64,000 bases of DNA from NCBI GenBank assembly GCA_043228905.1, contig JBHGNT010000001.1, positions 23,250,001 through 23,314,000 on the forward strand, read 5' to 3'. Below are positions 49,503 through 61,645 of this stretch, one piece after another (position 1 is the stretch's first letter; each line of letters starts with the position of its first letter). The notes below the pieces were generated by a model. It worked only from the letters and a program-made list of their open reading frames with translations. It did no database searches and was not told where the DNA came from. A program made the position numbers and the translations under genes. This stretch comes from Azolla caroliniana. Lineage: Eukaryota; Plantae; Polypodiophyta.

Positions 49503-52433
49503 TCACTCCGGCATGGGGTGTCTTACCAGTCCGATCCGCTTCCGGCATGCATACAGCTTGTCGGGTATCAGAACTTTGGTCTGCATATCTGACCCGTTCT
49601 CGGCCGTGTGGATCTTCGACAGTGCGAACTCTTGGTCATCTACTCTTTCCCGAATCCAGTGATATCTTCGCGGGATATGCTTCGTCCGAGAATAGTAGGC
49701 CGCATTCTTAGCAAGGTGGATGGCACTTTGACTGTCGCAATAGAGCCGGTATTCATCTTGCCGGATACCGAGCTCTCCGATGAAGTCCTTCATCCATAAG
49801 ATTTCCTTGCCGGCTTCCACAGCCGCCATGTACTCCGCCTCTGTGGTTGACAACGCAACCATCTTCTGCAGCCTCGACAGCCACGAAACAGCTCCCCCTG
49901 CATATGTCATTACATACCCGGATGTAGACCGGCTGGTATCCACATCAGCCGACATGTCCAAATCGGTGAAACCGTCCAGTTGAGGTTTTCTAGAGCCGAA
50001 TCGGAGACACATATTTGAAGTGCCCTTCAAATACCGGAGTATCCATTTGACCGCGTTCCAGTGCTCCTTGCCGGGATTGCTCATAAACCGGCTCACCACT
50101 CCGACTGCATATCCTATGTCCGGTCGGGTACAAACCATTGTGTACATCAAGCTCCCGACGGCAGAGGCATATGGAATCTTCATCATATCCGCCTTCTCTG
50201 CTTTCGTCTTCGGGCTTTGCTTACCGGATAGCTTGCAGTTTGCCGGAAGTGTCGATCCGACCGGTTTCACATCTGACATGTTGAACCGATGAAGCACCTT
50301 TGTCACGTACTTCTCTTGTGACAACCATAATTGCTTCGTTGACCGGTTCCGAATGATGTGCATCCCCAGCATCTGTCTTGCCAGACCCACGTCTTTCATT
50401 GAGAAGGTCCGGTTGAGAGCCTTCTTCAGCATCCGTATTTTGACTTGGTCACATCCGACAATCAACATGTCATCCACGTACAGAAGGAGTATTAGGAAGT
50501 CGCCTCCTTCGAACTTCTTCACAAACACGCAGTGATCGGCCTGCGTCTTGTGGTACCCTTGATTGGTCATGAAGGAATCGAACTTCCGGTACCATTGTCG
50601 GGGAGCCTGCTTTAGTCCGTACAAGCTCTTCTTCAGCCGGCATACCAAGTGCTCCTTCCCTTTCTCCACAAATCCCTCCGGTTGTTGCATGTAGATCTCC
50701 TCTTCGAGGTCGCCGTGAAGGAATGTCGTCTTCACGTCGAGCTGCTCTACCTCAAGGTCCATGCTTGCCGCTATACTCAGCACCGTCCGGATGGAGGTCA
50801 TCTTTACAACCGGGGCAAATATCTCGTCGAAGTCCACGCCCTTCTTCTGCTGGAACCCCTTCACCACGATCCTGGCTTTGTATCTCGGGGGGTTCCCGAC
50901 ATCTCCCGGTTTCAACTTGTACACCCACTTGTTTCGGAGTGCCCGCTTTCCTTTCCGCAACTCCACCAATTCGTACGTATGGTTCTCATGCAAGGAATCC
51001 ATCTCGTCCTGCATGGCACTTAACCATTTGCGGTTGTGGGTGTCATCCTTCGCTTCTTCAAAGCTTTCTGGCTCCCCCTCATCGGTCAGCAAAACATGCT
51101 CTGCATCCGGAAATCTCCGGGGGGCCCTTCTCTCTCTGAGAGGATATCTCCGTCTTCGGGCTTCGGTAATCGGCTCCTCCACTTGCTCTTCATCCGAATC
51201 CGATTCGAGGTCTTGGCCGGTTCCGGTTTCAGCTTCCACTACTTCTTCTTCAGCCTGTTCGGTATCCTCATCGTAACCAGTTGGTCCCTCGAGTGCTAAC
51301 CGGTCTCTTGCCGGTTGGGTCTGCTCATCGTAGAGTTGATCCTTACCGGTCGACTCAGAGTTCATTATCTTCTTCTCCGACTCCCAGTCGGCGAGCGTCT
51401 TGTCCTCCATGAAGATAATATCTCGACTCTGGAATACCTTCTTGTCGACCAAGTCCCACACTCGGTAACCGAACTCATCGTCACCGTAACCGAGGAATAT
51501 GCATGGCCAAGTCTTTGGATCTAACTTTCCTCTCCGGTCCTTAGCTACATGCACGTACGCGAGACACCCGAATACCTTCAGATGCCGGTAGGACACTTCC
51601 TTACCGGTCCAGACTCTCTGTGGCGTGTCTCCGTCCAAGGGTACTGAGGGTAATCTGTTTATCACGTATGTCGCTGTCGACAGTGCCTCAGCCCAAAACT
51701 TCTTGGGTAGTCTTGCATGCGCTAGCATACTCTGAACCCTCTCCATTATGGTCCGGTTCATCCTCTCGGCCAGTCCGTTTAGTTCCGGCGTCTTCGGCAC
51801 GGTAAATTCGAGCCGGATTCCCTTTGAGCGGCAGTACTCCTCGAACTGCCCCCGGTATTCTCCTCCGTTATCTGCTAGAACCACCTTCAGCTTCCGGTCG
51901 GTTTCTCTTTCCACTCTCGCATGGAGCTCTTTGAAGATGGATAGCACCTGATCCTTCGTCTTCAACGGTGTGGCCCACAGCTTCCGGCTGTGGCCATCTA
52001 TGAACGTCACAAAGTACTGCGCTCCGGCATGTGACTTCGTGTCTACCTGACACACATCCGTATGCACCAACTCCAGTGGTGCATTATGTCTCATCAGTGG
52101 CCTTGGTCGGAAGGAGGTCCGGTCCTGCTTACCGGCCAGACAATCAGTGCACTTCTCTAAGTGCACGTTCTTCACTGGAATGAGGTTGTCGTCTGCAAGC
52201 CTCTTCATCCCCTTCTCACTCATATGACACAGCCTCTTGTGCCACAGCTCACCGGCAGTGTCGGATGCCACGTTCCCTTCTTCCGGGCATAACCGGGCAT
52301 TCATCAGGTACAGTGTGTTTACCTTCCGGGCCCGAGCCACAATCAGGCTCCCTTTGTTGAACTTCATGACACCGTTCCGGATGCTACCCGTGTAGCCCTC
52401 ATCATCTAGCCGACCGGCTGATATCAGGTTCAG
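49503..52433 (-). CDS. pol: Copia Pol (integrase, RT, RNaseH) of B1, uninterrupted, in frame with upstream gag-PR
   Basis: 954-aa ORF: LWHKRLCH, VHTDV, DNGGEY, YKARIVVKG, LYVDDML, EAEY, TKHI. Confidence 0.93.
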   Translation of the reverse strand: MNLISAGRLDDEGYTGSIRNGVMKFNKGSLIVARARKVNTLYLMNARLCPEEGNVASDTAGELWHKRLCHMSEKGMKRLADDNLIPVKNVHLEKCTDCLAGKQDRTSFRPRPLMRHNAPLELVHTDVCQVDTKSHAGAQYFVTFIDGHSRKLWATPLKTKDQVLSIFKELHARVERETDRKLKVVLADNGGEYRGQFEEYCRSKGIRLEFTVPKTPELNGLAERMNRTIMERVQSMLAHARLPKKFWAEALSTATYVINRLPSVPLDGDTPQRVWTGKEVSYRHLKVFGCLAYVHVAKDRRGKLDPKTWPCIFLGYGDDEFGYRVWDLVDKKVFQSRDIIFMEDKTLADWESEKKIMNSESTGKDQLYDEQTQPARDRLALEGPTGYDEDTEQAEEEVVEAETGTGQDLESDSDEEQVEEPITEARRRRYPLRERRAPRRFPDAEHVLLTDEGEPESFEEAKDDTHNRKWLSAMQDEMDSLHENHTYELVELRKGKRALRNKWVYKLKPGDVGNPPRYKARIVVKGFQQKKGVDFDEIFAPVVKMTSIRTVLSIAASMDLEVEQLDVKTTFLHGDLEEEIYMQQPEGFVEKGKEHLVCRLKKSLYGLKQAPRQWYRKFDSFMTNQGYHKTQADHCVFVKKFEGGDFLILLLYVDDMLIVGCDQVKIRMLKKALNRTFSMKDVGLARQMLGMHIIRNRSTKQLWLSQEKYVTKVLHRFNMSDVKPVGSTLPANCKLSGKQSPKTKAEKADMMKIPYASAVGSLMYTMVCTRPDIGYAVGVVSRFMSNPGKEHWNAVKWILRYLKGTSNMCLRFGSRKPQLDGFTDLDMSADVDTSRSTSGYVMTYAGGAVSWLSRLQKMVALSTTEAEYMAAVEAGKEILWMKDFIGELGIRQDEYRLYCDSQSAIHLAKNAAYYSRTKHIPRRYHWIRERVDDQEFALSKIHTAENGSDMQTKVLIPDKLYACRKRIGLVRHPMPE

Positions 52434-53549
52434 TCAAACCTCCGGAACGTGTCGGACATCCCTCAGCAGCAACTTGCATCCGGTTGGTGTCGACAACCAC
52501 ACGTCTCCTATGCCGACAATTCGGCATGTACCTTCATTCCCCATCCGGACACAGCCGTGATCACCGGCTGAGTAGGATGAGAAGCATTTCCGGTCCGGGG
52601 TAAGGTGGAACGACGCTCCGGAGTCTACCACCCAGGTCATCTCGTCACCGACAAGGTTTATCTCACTCTCCTCGGTGATGAGCATCAACTCCTCTTCACT
52701 TGCCGCGATTGCCGTCATTCCCTTCCGGTCCGGTCCCCTACGGTCTTTACCGTTCCGGTCCGGTGTCCGCTTCGAATCGGTTCCGTCGGTTTCCTTGTCT
52801 TTATGGAAGTGCCGACAGTTCTTCTGGAAGTGTCCCGGCTTGCCGCAATAGAAGCAAGTAGGCCTCCCCCTTGACTTTGACCGTGTCCCCGACTTCTCCC
52901 GGTTCTGGGGACTACGGTTTCTATGTCTTCCGCGTTCCGATTCGGTAAGGAGCGCTTTGGAGTCGGAGCTCGTATCTTTATCTTTCCGACGCGCCTCCTC
53001 ATCTAGCAAGCTCGACTTTACTCTTGCTAGGGATAACCGCTTTCCTTCCGGCCCGGCGTTGCCCAAAGTGACAACCAATGTCTCCCAGCTATCCAGGAGG
53101 GAACCGAGCAGGAGTAGCGCTAGTACCTCATCGGTGAGAGGTACTTCCAATGAAGTTGCCTGGTGGATCAGCCCCTGGAAGGCATTCATGTGCTCCGCCA
53201 TGCTGGAGCCATCTTGGTACCGGAGTCTTACTAGCTTCCGGAATACCGAAACCTGGTTAACAGCATTTTTGTTCTGAAACATTATGCCGATCTTCTCCCA
53301 GAGCTCATGAGCCTTGCTCTCTTCATTGAAGTTGTTGTACAGGCTCATGTCAATGAAGCACCGTATGTATGCCGTTGTCTTCATGTGCATCACCTCCCAT
53401 ATCGCGGCGTCGATTTTGTTCGGTCTCTTGTCCCCGAACTGAACCGGCAGCCAGAGGTCTTTAACCACGAGCATGTCCCTCATCTTCGACTTCCACACTG
53501 AATAGTTGGAGCCGGTGAGCTTGAACATGCCGCCAAACGATTCGTCCAT
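52434..53549 (-). CDS. gag: Copia Gag-protease of B1, ends at an in-frame TGA
   Basis: 371-aa ORF with CFYCGKPGHFQKNC and WVVDSGASFH. Confidence 0.9.
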   Translation of the reverse strand: MDESFGGMFKLTGSNYSVWKSKMRDMLVVKDLWLPVQFGDKRPNKIDAAIWEVMHMKTTAYIRCFIDMSLYNNFNEESKAHELWEKIGIMFQNKNAVNQVSVFRKLVRLRYQDGSSMAEHMNAFQGLIHQATSLEVPLTDEVLALLLLGSLLDSWETLVVTLGNAGPEGKRLSLARVKSSLLDEEARRKDKDTSSDSKALLTESERGRHRNRSPQNREKSGTRSKSRGRPTCFYCGKPGHFQKNCRHFHKDKETDGTDSKRTPDRNGKDRRGPDRKGMTAIAASEEELMLITEESEINLVGDEMTWVVDSGASFHLTPDRKCFSSYSAGDHGCVRMGNEGTCRIVGIGDVWLSTPTGCKLLLRDVRHVPEV

Positions 53550-55870
53550 TTTCTATGTCATTTCGCTCTGATACCACTTGACGGGAACTACAACGCTCCC
53601 TCTACGCAATGCTCGGCCACAACCGAGCTTAGGATCATACACAGAAAACGGGAAATACAGAACGACACAATGGAAGAGAAGAGTACGCAGGATGTTTACG
53701 TGGATGTTATTGTGCTTGATTGCCTCGATTTGGCATCCTATGATCAGCACATCCTTCATCATCTCCTTCCATAGGGCAAAGTTTTTGTCGTCGAACTTTA
53801 TGATCTCACGGCTTGTGCCGGATGTCGAGGCCATTGTTCTTATGGAGGTTTTTGTCAGCCTAGTCTTTTCCTTCAATCTTCTTGCTCTTCTTATATGGAC
53901 GTTATATGGGTTCCAATTCGTTCTTATACCACTTGCTAACACCGGTGGTGCCTGGTAGACTATGCACAGATCGTGTGAAAGCTTGTATTGGATCTTGGCG
54001 TGGAGCGGGCAAGCGTATAGTAAGCATGAGGTCTTGTGTTCTACTCATGATACGAGTTATATTAAGTATGCACAAATATACACAAGTATATAGCAAAGAG
54101 GAGATCTTGCATTATTCAACGTCATCTTGTACATGGAGGAATGCCTCCTATTTATACATGAGATCACTTAGCCCTAACTCCAAAGGAGCGTTCACACTAG
54201 AACATACAATAGTGAGAGTAGGACTTTTAACCCAAATTTTATAAAGGTTTCTTTCTTAATCTATCATTTTCAGCCTAAAAAGAGGCCTTTTTTATCAAGT
54301 TATTGTGTAAATCCTTTGTAATCTCATTTTCCTTGTGCTAATCGCATGATTTGATCCAAACCTCCGTATTCACCGTTGTGATGAGAGTGAGAGGAGGAAG
54401 GTGAGGAGCTCGTTGTTCCTTCAACGCATATGAGCTTTCAACTCCAACAAGCTTTCAACTATAGAGAGCTTTTGACTCTATAGAACCTTAGACTTTGGTG
54501 ACCTTTTGACTCCCACAACCCTTCGATTGTGATGAGTTTTCGACTCTTACGAACTTTCAAGTCTTACAAGCTTTTGAGCTATCTAGTCTTATGATCTTTT
54601 AACTCCTAGGAGTTTTTGACTCCCCAAACATTTACACGACTTCATAAATTGTGTCCCATGCAAATTGCCACAACAAGAAATATGTGAGAATGGTATATTT
54701 CCATCCCATGCAAATTGTAGGGATCAAATGTCAAAATTTAAAGAAGCCGAGAGGATACTCGAAAGGTATGTGATTGATGTTAGGATTTCGGTCCCTTCGG
54801 ATGGGATATGAGTATCCGGCAATGAAGGCCCAGTGAAAACTGGATGATGAAGGCCCGATGAGAACCTCTCACCGGATGAAGGGACTAACGGGAACTACAA
54901 CGCTCCCTCTACGCAACGCTCGGCCACAACCGAGCTTAGGTTCATACACAGAAAACGGAAAATAAAGAACGACACAATGGAAGAGAAGAGTACGCAGGAT
55001 GTTTACGTGGAAAACCCAAACTAAGGGAAAAAAACCACAGCAGCCCACAGGCTGCAAACTATCACTATGTTGGAATGTACAAACAGTGAGTTCACCGAGG
55101 CAACGACCTCGTGCTCACGATCTTCGCCACAGGCGGCGGTTACAACAGAGGCAGCGACCTCTTTCTCTCTCTCTCTCTCTCTGTACACTATTATGTGCTC
55201 TCTCTTCTTCTTCTTGCACCAACAAGAAAAATGACAACAACAACAGTAACTAAAAGTTTGCCCTAAGTCATATTTATACTAATATGAATTTTCGGCTATT
55301 TACAAATATAGCCTCGATGGACTCTCAGAAACATATTTACGAATATGTCTCTTCATCAGGTTCTCACCGGGTCTGCACCATCCGGCTCTCCGTAGCCGGG
55401 TACTCCTCATCCGGATCTCACCGGGTCTGCACCATCCGGCTCTCCATAGCCGGGTACTCCTCATCCGGTTCTCACCGGGTCTGCATCATCCGGCTCTCCG
55501 TAGCCCGGTACTCCTCATCCGGTTCTCACCAGGTCTGCACCATCCGGTTCTCCGTAGCCAGGTACTCCTCATCCGGATCTCACCGGGTCTGCACCATCCG
55601 GCTCTCCGTAGCCGGGTACTCCTCATCCGGTTTCGGCCTCGGCCGAGTTTGTTCATCGGCACTGTACTTCTCTCTTCCCATCCAGAGGGACCTGTCTCCC
55701 AATAGGGACATATATGTAAATATGTTCCAGAGAGCCCATTGGGCTATATTTGTAAATAGCCTAAAAGTTGTATTAGTATAAATATGACCTAGGGCAAACT
55801 GTTGTTGTGGTCGTCATTATTTTGTATAGAGTTATTGGTGTAACTGTTGTACAGAGCATAGCAAACGGAG

Positions 55871-55928
<58 letters not shown>

Positions 55929-56242
55929 ATTCTCTGTTGCAACTGCTGCCAGACAAAGATTGTGAGCAAGAGGTTGTCGCCTCTTTGTTCACCTGTTGTA
56001 TTCTCCTTACATAGTGATAGTTCAGAGTCTGTGGGCTCCCGTGGTTTTTCCCATTTAGGGTTTTCCACGTAAACATATTGTGCACTCTCTTTCAACGTTT
56101 TTTTCGTGTATACGTGTATCTATCTCCACATTCCCATTTCTGTGTTTGTAATTCTTAACAAAGTAGTCAAAGACTCGGTTGTGGCCAAGCATTATTCCGC
56201 ATATTCTTGTCAAACTGGTATCAGAGCAAAACGACACAGAAA

Positions 56243-59200
56243 ATGGAAGATTCGTTGGGAGGCATGTTCAAGCTCATCGGCTCCAACTACTCAGTGTGGA
56301 AGTCGAAGATGAGGGACATGCTCGTGGTTAAAGATCTTTGGTTGCCGGTTCAATTCGGGGACAAGAGGCCGGACAAGACGATGCCATAGTGTGGGAGGTG
56401 ATGCACATGAAGACGACGGCATACATACGGTGCTTCATCGACATGAGCCTGTACAACAACTTCAATGAAGAAAGTAAGGCTCATGAACTCTGGGAGAAGA
56501 TCGGCATTATGTTTCAGAACAAAAATGTTGTTAATCGGGTTTCGGTATTCCGGAAGCTAGTAAGACTCTGATACCAAGATGGCTCCAGTATGGCGGAGCA
56601 CATGAATGCCTTCTAGGGGCTGATTCACCAGGCAACATCGTTGGAAGTACCTCTCGCATGAGGTACTAGCACTGCTCATGCTCGGTTCCCTCCCATATAG
56701 CCGGGAGTTGTTAATTGTCACTTTGGGCAACGCCGGGCCAGAAGGGAAACGGTTATCCCTAGCAAGAGTCAAGTCAAGATTGCTAGATGAGGAGGCACGT
56801 CGTAAAGACAAGGATACGAGCTCCGACTCCAAAGCGCTCCTTACCGAATCGGAACGCGGAAGACAAAAGAACCGTAGTCCCCAGAACCGGGAAAAGTCAG
56901 GGACACGGTCAAAGTCAAGGGGGAGGCCCACTTGCTTCTATTGCGGCAAGCCAAGGCACTTCCAGAAGAACTATCGGCATTTCTGGAAAGACAAGGAAAC
57001 CGATAGTACCGATTCGAAGAGGTCACCGGACCGGAAGGGAACGACGGCAATCGCGGCAACTAAAGAGGAGTTGATGCTCATCACCAAGGAGAGTGAGTTG
57101 AACCTTGCCGCCGACAAGACAACGTGGGTTGTCAACTCCGGAGCGTCGTTCCACCTAACTCCGGACCGGAAATGCTTCTCATCCTACACGGTCGGTGATC
57201 ACGGCTGTGTCCGGATGGGGAATGAAGGTACATGCCGAATTGTCGGCATAGGAGACGTGTGGCTGACAACACCAACCAGATGCAAGTTGCTGTTGAAGGA
57301 TGTCCGACACGTTCCGGAGATTTGATTGAACCTGATATCAGTCGATCGGCTAGGTGATGAAGGCTACACGGGTAGCATCCGGAACAGTGTCATGAAGTTC
57401 AGCAAGGGGAGCCTGATAGTGGCTCGGGCCCGGAAGGTCAACACTTTGTACCTGATGAATGCTCGGTTATGCCCGATGGACGTGAACCTTGCATCCGACA
57501 CTACCGGTGAGCTGTGGCACAAGAGACTGTGTCACATGAGCGAGAAGGGGATGAAGAGTCTTGCCAATGACAACCTCATTCCGGTGAAGAACGTGCCTCT
57601 TGAGAGATGCACCGACTGCTTAGCCGGTAAGCAAAACCGGACCTCCTTCCGATCAAGGCCACCAATGAGATGTAATGCACCATTGGAGCTAGTGCATACC
57701 GATGTGTGTCAAGTAGACACGAAGACACATGCCGGAGCACAGTACTTCGTGACGTTCATAGATTACCACAGCCGGAAGTTGTGGGCCACACCGTTGAAGA
57801 TGAAGGATCAAGTGTTATCCGTCTTCAAGGAGCTCCACGCAAGAATGGAAAGAGAAACCGGCCGGAAGCTAAAGGCGGTTCGAGCAGACAACGGAGGTGA
57901 ATACCGGGGGCAGTTTGAGGAATATTGCCGCTCGAAGGGAATCCGGCTCGAATTTACCGTGCCGAAGACGCCGGAACTAAACATATTGGCCGAGAGGATG
58001 AACCGAACCATAATGGAGAGGGTCCAGAGTATGCTAGCACATGAAAAGTTACCCAAGAAGTTTTGGGCTGAGGCGTTGTCGACAGCGACATATGTGATAA
58101 ACAGGTCACCCTCAGTACCCTTGGATGGAGACACACCGTAGAGAGTGTGGACCGGTAAGGAAGTGTCTTACCGGCATCTGAAGGTGTTCGGGTGTCTCGC
58201 TTGCGTGCATGTTGCAAAGGACCGGAGAGCAAAGTTGGATCCAAAGTCCCGGCCTTGCATATTCCTCAGATATGGCGATGATGAGTTCGGCTATCGAGTG
58301 TGGGATCCGGTCGACAAGAAGGTTTTCCGGAGTCGAGATATTATCTTCATGGAGGACAAGACCCTTGTCGACTGGGAGTCGGAGAAGAAGATAATGAACT
58401 TTGAGTCGACCAATAAGGATCAGTCCGATGAGATTCGGACCTACCCGGTAAGAGTCGGTTGACACTAGAAGAATCATCCGGTTATGGTGAGGATACTGAA
58501 CCGGCAAAAGAAGAAGAAGAGGAGGAAGTAGAAACCAGAACCGGCCAAGACCCCGAATCGGATTCGGATGAAGAACAAACAGAGGAGCCGGTTACTGAAA
58601 GCCAAGGGTGCAAATATCCTCTCAAAGAGAGAAGGGCCCCCTGGAGATTTCCGGATGCAGAGCGTGTGCTGCTAACCGATGAGGGGGAGCCGGAAAGCTT
58701 CGAAGAAGCAAAGCAGGACACCCACAGCCGCAAGTGGTTGAGTGCCATGCAAGACGAGATGGATTCCTTGCATGAGAACCACACGTATGAATTGGTGGAG
58801 TTGCCTAAAGGAAAGCGGGCACTCCGGAATAAGTGGGTGTACAAGCTGAAACCAAGAAATGCCGGTAACCCCCCAAGATACAAAGCCATGATCGTGGTGA
58901 AGGGGTTCCAACAAAAGAAGGGCGTGGACTTCGACGAGATATTTGCCCCGGTAGTAAAGATGACTTCCATCCGGACGGTGCTGAGCATAGCGGCAAGCAT
59001 GGACCTCGAGGTAGAGCAGTTAGACGTGAAGACGGCGTTCCTCCACGGCAACCTCGAAGAGGAGATCTACATGCAACAACCGGAGGGATTTGTGAAGAAA
59101 GGGAAGGAGCACCTGGTTTGCCGGTTGAAGAAGAGCCTCTACGGTTTGAAGCAGGCTCCCCGGCAATGGTACCGGAAGTTCGAATCCTTCATGACGGATC

Positions 59201-60258
59201 AAGGATACAACAAGACGTAGGCTGATCACTGTGTATTTGTGAAGAAGTTCGAAGGTGGAGACTTCTTGATACTCCTCCTGTATGTGGACGACATGTTGAT
59301 CGTCAGACGAGACCAAGTCAAGATACAGATGCTGAAGAAGGCTCTGAACCGGACCTTCTCAATGAAAGACTTGGGTCCGGCAAGACAAATACTGGGGATG
59401 CATATCATCCGCGACCAGTCAAAGAAGCAATTGTGGCTATCACAGGAGAAGTACATGACAAAGGTGCTTCAGCGGTTCAACATGTCAGATGCGAAACCGG
59501 TCGGATCTACACTCCCGGCAAACTGCAAGTTATCCGGTAAGCAAAGCCCGAAGACGAAGGCACAGAAGGCGGATATGATGAAGATACCATATGCCTCTGC
59601 CGTCGGGAGCTTGTTGTACGCAATGGTGTGTACCTAACCGGATATCGGATACACAGTCGGAGTGGTGAGCCGGTTTATGAGCAATCCCGGCAAGGAGCAT
59701 TGGAATGCGGTAAAATGGATACTCTGGTACTTGAAAGGCACCTCAAGTATGTGTCTCCGATTCGGCTCCGGTAAACCCCAACTTGACAGTTTCACCAATT
59801 CGAATATGTCAGTTGATGAGAATACCAGCCAGTCAACATCGAGATATGTTATGACATATGCAGGGGGAGTTGTTTCGTGGTAATCGAGGCTGCAGAAGAC
59901 GGTTGTGTTGTCAACCACAGAGACGGAGTACATGGCGGTTGTGGAAGCCGGCAAGGAAATACTATGGGTGAAGGACTTCGTCGAAGAGCTAGGGATCTGG
60001 CAAGAGGAATACCGGCTCTATTGCGACAGTCAAAGTGTCATCCACCTTGCAAAGAACACAGCGTATCATTCCAAGACGAAGCACATCCAACGGAGGTACC
60101 ACTGGATCCGGGAGCGAGTGGAAGATCGAGAGTTCGTGCTGACGAAGATCCACACGGAGGAGAACAGGTCGGATATGCTGACCAAGGTGTTGACACCCGA
60201 CAAGTTGGACGCATGCCGGAAGCAAATTGGACTAACCAGCCATCCCATGCCGGAGTGA
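56243..60258 (+). pseudogene. Copia gag-pol of B2, multiple stops and frameshifts
   Basis: ORF fragments colinear with the B1 polyprotein. Confidence 0.93.
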
Positions 60259-61359
60259 AGGGGGAGTTTATTAGGATTTCGGTCCCTCCAGATGGGATAT
60301 GAGTACCTGGCAATGAAGGCCCAGTGAGAACCGGATGTTGCAGGCCCGGTGAGAACCTCTCACCGGATGAAGGGACATATGTGTAAATATGTTCCAGAGA
60401 GCCCATTGGGGCTATATTTGTAAATAGCCCGAAATTCGTATTAGTATAAATATGACCTAGGGCAAATTGTTGTTGCGGTCATCATTATTTTGTATAGAGT
60501 TATTGGTGTAATTGTTGTACAGAGCGTAGTAGACGGAGAGAGAGAGATACATAGTAATTCTCTGTTGTAACTACCGCGAGACAAAGATTGTGAGCAAGAG
60601 GTTGTCGCCTCTTTGTTCACCTGTTGTATTCTCCTTACATAGTGATAGTTCGGAGTTTGTGGGCTCTCGTGGTTTTTCCCATTTAGGGTTTTCCACATAA
60701 ACATATTGTGTACTCTCTTTAAGTGTTTTTTTTCGTGTATACGTGTATCTATCTCCGCATTCCCATTTCTGTGTTTGTAATTCTTAACGAAGTGGTCGAA
60801 TACTCGATTGTGGCCGAGCATTATTCCGCATATTCTTGTCAATTGATACCGACAAAGTGCATATTGTGGACGAGGCCTAATATTGGTTTAGAATATTGAG
60901 CATGGAAACTTCTATGGTACAATGTCTCGCTCCAATGCTGATATTTTGATTGCCAAGACCTTGTCCGTAAATGTAAGCATTTACTCGAAATTCGGATTAT
61001 CATCAAGAGGCACATGACATCCCTATGTGTTTCGTTACAATTTATAGATCATGCAGCCCAAATGGGAATGGATGATACCATAAAAACATAAGTGGAGATT
61101 GAGGTAGAATCAGTTGTGGAGACAAACCCTAGAACATCTAACATGGAATCATGAAAGTCTAGAATACAAAAGGCTAAGGAAACTATTCAATGTCTCAAAC
61201 AAGGGTTGGGATCCTTCAACCGAGATCCTACATTGGCTCTTTTCAACTCTGGCCTCCATTTGAGTCTAAGCTCCCTTTGACTCTAGGCTCCCTTCGAGTC
61301 TAAGCTCCATTGGACTCTATGCTCCCTACGAGTTTGAGGATCCTTCGAGTTCAGGACCT

Positions 61360-61645
61360 ATCCTCTACGCCTTCCCAGACCTTGTGACCTCCCTAGTCCA
61401 AGACCCCTATGGTCCCATTCGGTAGCACACGCATGCGCGTTATTGCAACATAATTTGGTGAACCCGGCGTGAAAGAACGGCAAGGGAGAATTCAAGATGA
61501 GAAGAGGAGACCTTGTCAAGATGATGGTGGAATCCATGGACCGGTTGATGCATGCATGAGAAAGCACGTTTAGCCTAGATTGGGCCATAGAGACCATAAT
61601 CTGTACATCTGTGCGTTTCAATGGGAAAGACATCTCATGCTACTT
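61360..61645 (+). mobile_element. Old fragment of a Trp-group element (LTR end 61450, PBS 61456-61472, gag start)
   Basis: CCCTAGTCCAAGACCCC; TGGTGAACCCGGCGTGA; degenerate RFNGKDISCYL. Confidence 0.75.

Larger units (their letters stand above)
47496..55010 (+). repeat. Direct duplication: 47496-48800 recopied at 53705-55010
   Basis: Near-identical over ~1.3 kb (about 6 differences by eye), offset 6209-6210. Confidence 0.92.
48676..55704 (-). mobile_element. Copia family B element B1 inserted in the B2 5' LTR (3' LTR 48676-49492; 5' LTR starts 53579, disrupted by the duplication, ends 55704)
   Basis: TSD GGGAC; PBS-Met 53565-53576; PPT 49495-49504. Confidence 0.92.
48568..60841 (+). mobile_element. 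Copia family B element B2 (5' LTR starts 48568, recopied at 54778, resumes 55705-56212; 3' LTR 60269-60841)
   Basis: TSD ATTGA (48563-48567, 54773-54777, 60842-60846); PBS-Met 56216-56227; PPT 60257-60266. Confidence 0.92.

Noticed and set aside
49072-49662. ORF with 18-aa repeats (also 55284-55781 and 20145-20453)
   Set aside because: By-product of the stop-free 54-bp LTR repeat read antisense
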